Positions 31,666 through 32,000 of a DNA stretch of 32,000 nucleotides are shown here, one piece after another (within the stretch, counting starts at the first letter, position 1; each line of letters starts with the position of its first letter). Below the pieces are notes generated by a model. The model searched no databases, was not told the origin of the DNA, and saw nothing but the letters and a program-made list of their open reading frames with translations. A program made the translations under genes and the position numbers. Source of the stretch: Vicinamibacterales bacterium (GTDB lineage: Bacteria; Acidobacteriota; Vicinamibacteria; Vicinamibacterales; UBA8438); the NCBI GenBank assembly GCA_965214845.1, contig CBDCCO010000007.1, forward strand, positions 5,748,549 through 5,780,548. Reading direction: 5' to 3'.

Positions 31666-32000
31666 ATGTTGAACGAGCGACAGGAACGCCTCTGCACCGA
31701 GAGCCGCTGGAACTTTTCCGACCTGTCGGCCCTCTTTCTCAACTGCACGCTGAAGCGCAGTCCCGAGCTGTCGCATACCGAAGGACTGATCCGCATCTCG
31801 CGCGCCATCATGGAGCGGAACGGCGTCGACGTCGAGCTGCTGCGGCCCGTCGACTTCACCATCGCCGCCGGCGTGTATCCGGACATGCGCGAGCACGGGT
31901 GGGAGCGGGACGACTGGCCCCGGATTCTCGAGAAGGTGCTCGCGGCCGACATCCTCGTGATCGGCACGAGCATCTGGCTCGGCGAGAAGACCTCGGTCGC
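31666..32000 (+). CDS. NADPH-dependent FMN reductase / flavodoxin-like protein (3' partial, runs off the window)
   Basis: Hand translation from ATG 31666 gives 'MLNERQERLCTESRWNFSDLSALFLNCTLKRSPELSHTEGLIRISRAIMERNGVDVELLRPVDF...DWPRILEKVLAADILVIGTSIWLGEKTSV'. It is absent from the ORF track because no stop codon falls within the window. An alternative start is ATG 31651. Confidence 0.7.
   Translation, partial: MLNERQERLCTESRWNFSDLSALFLNCTLKRSPELSHTEGLIRISRAIMERNGVDVELLRPVDFTIAAGVYPDMREHGWERDDWPRILEKVLAADILVIGTSIWLGEKTSV

Noticed and set aside
1-32000. Scan for tRNA, rRNA, tmRNA, integrase, transposase, IS inverted repeats, cas genes and riboswitch-like leaders.
   Set aside because: I recognised none by eye on either strand. 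Both inserts lack mobility genes. A tRNAscan, Infernal or ISfinder run would be needed to exclude small or degenerate elements.

Overview
This is a high-GC (about 70% by eye) bacterial chromosomal segment with no rRNA, tRNA, CRISPR array, integrase or transposase that I can see. Most of it (about 2.3-23.8 kb) encodes signal-peptide-bearing periplasmic redox and hydrolase proteins. These include three PQQ-dependent dehydrogenases, a c-type cytochrome, a CxxCH protein with a PHM/DBH-like domain, an NHL-repeat protein, an MBL-fold hydrolase and a cyclase-family protein. Interleaved with them are five paralogs of an uncharacterised secreted protein family, one of which is frameshifted. The flanks carry housekeeping-type genes: rtcB, a zinc metallopeptidase-like protein, a DUF5916/CBM9-like outer-membrane protein, a K+-channel-like protein, an SLT/LysM lytic transglycosylase, DUF169 and an FMN reductase. 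Two visibly lower-GC inserts stand out. (1) At about 23976-28607 lies a translationally coupled three-gene operon: an N-terminally extended DUF262/ParB-like protein, an AAA_15/DUF3696-type ATPase and an orphan protein of about 312 aa. It sits inside the remains of a degraded paralog of the CxxCH gene and is the best candidate for a novel or variant defence system. (2) At about 12387-13970, bracketed by a perfect 25-bp direct repeat, a PIN (VapC-like) toxin is overlap-coupled to an atypical 304-aa partner with a DUF3883-like nuclease fold. Other features are a mazEF-like toxin-antitoxin pair, a roughly 87-bp structured GC-rich intergenic repeat with a compensatory stem change, and two frameshifted genes. 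All functional calls come from motif recognition by eye; no searches were run.
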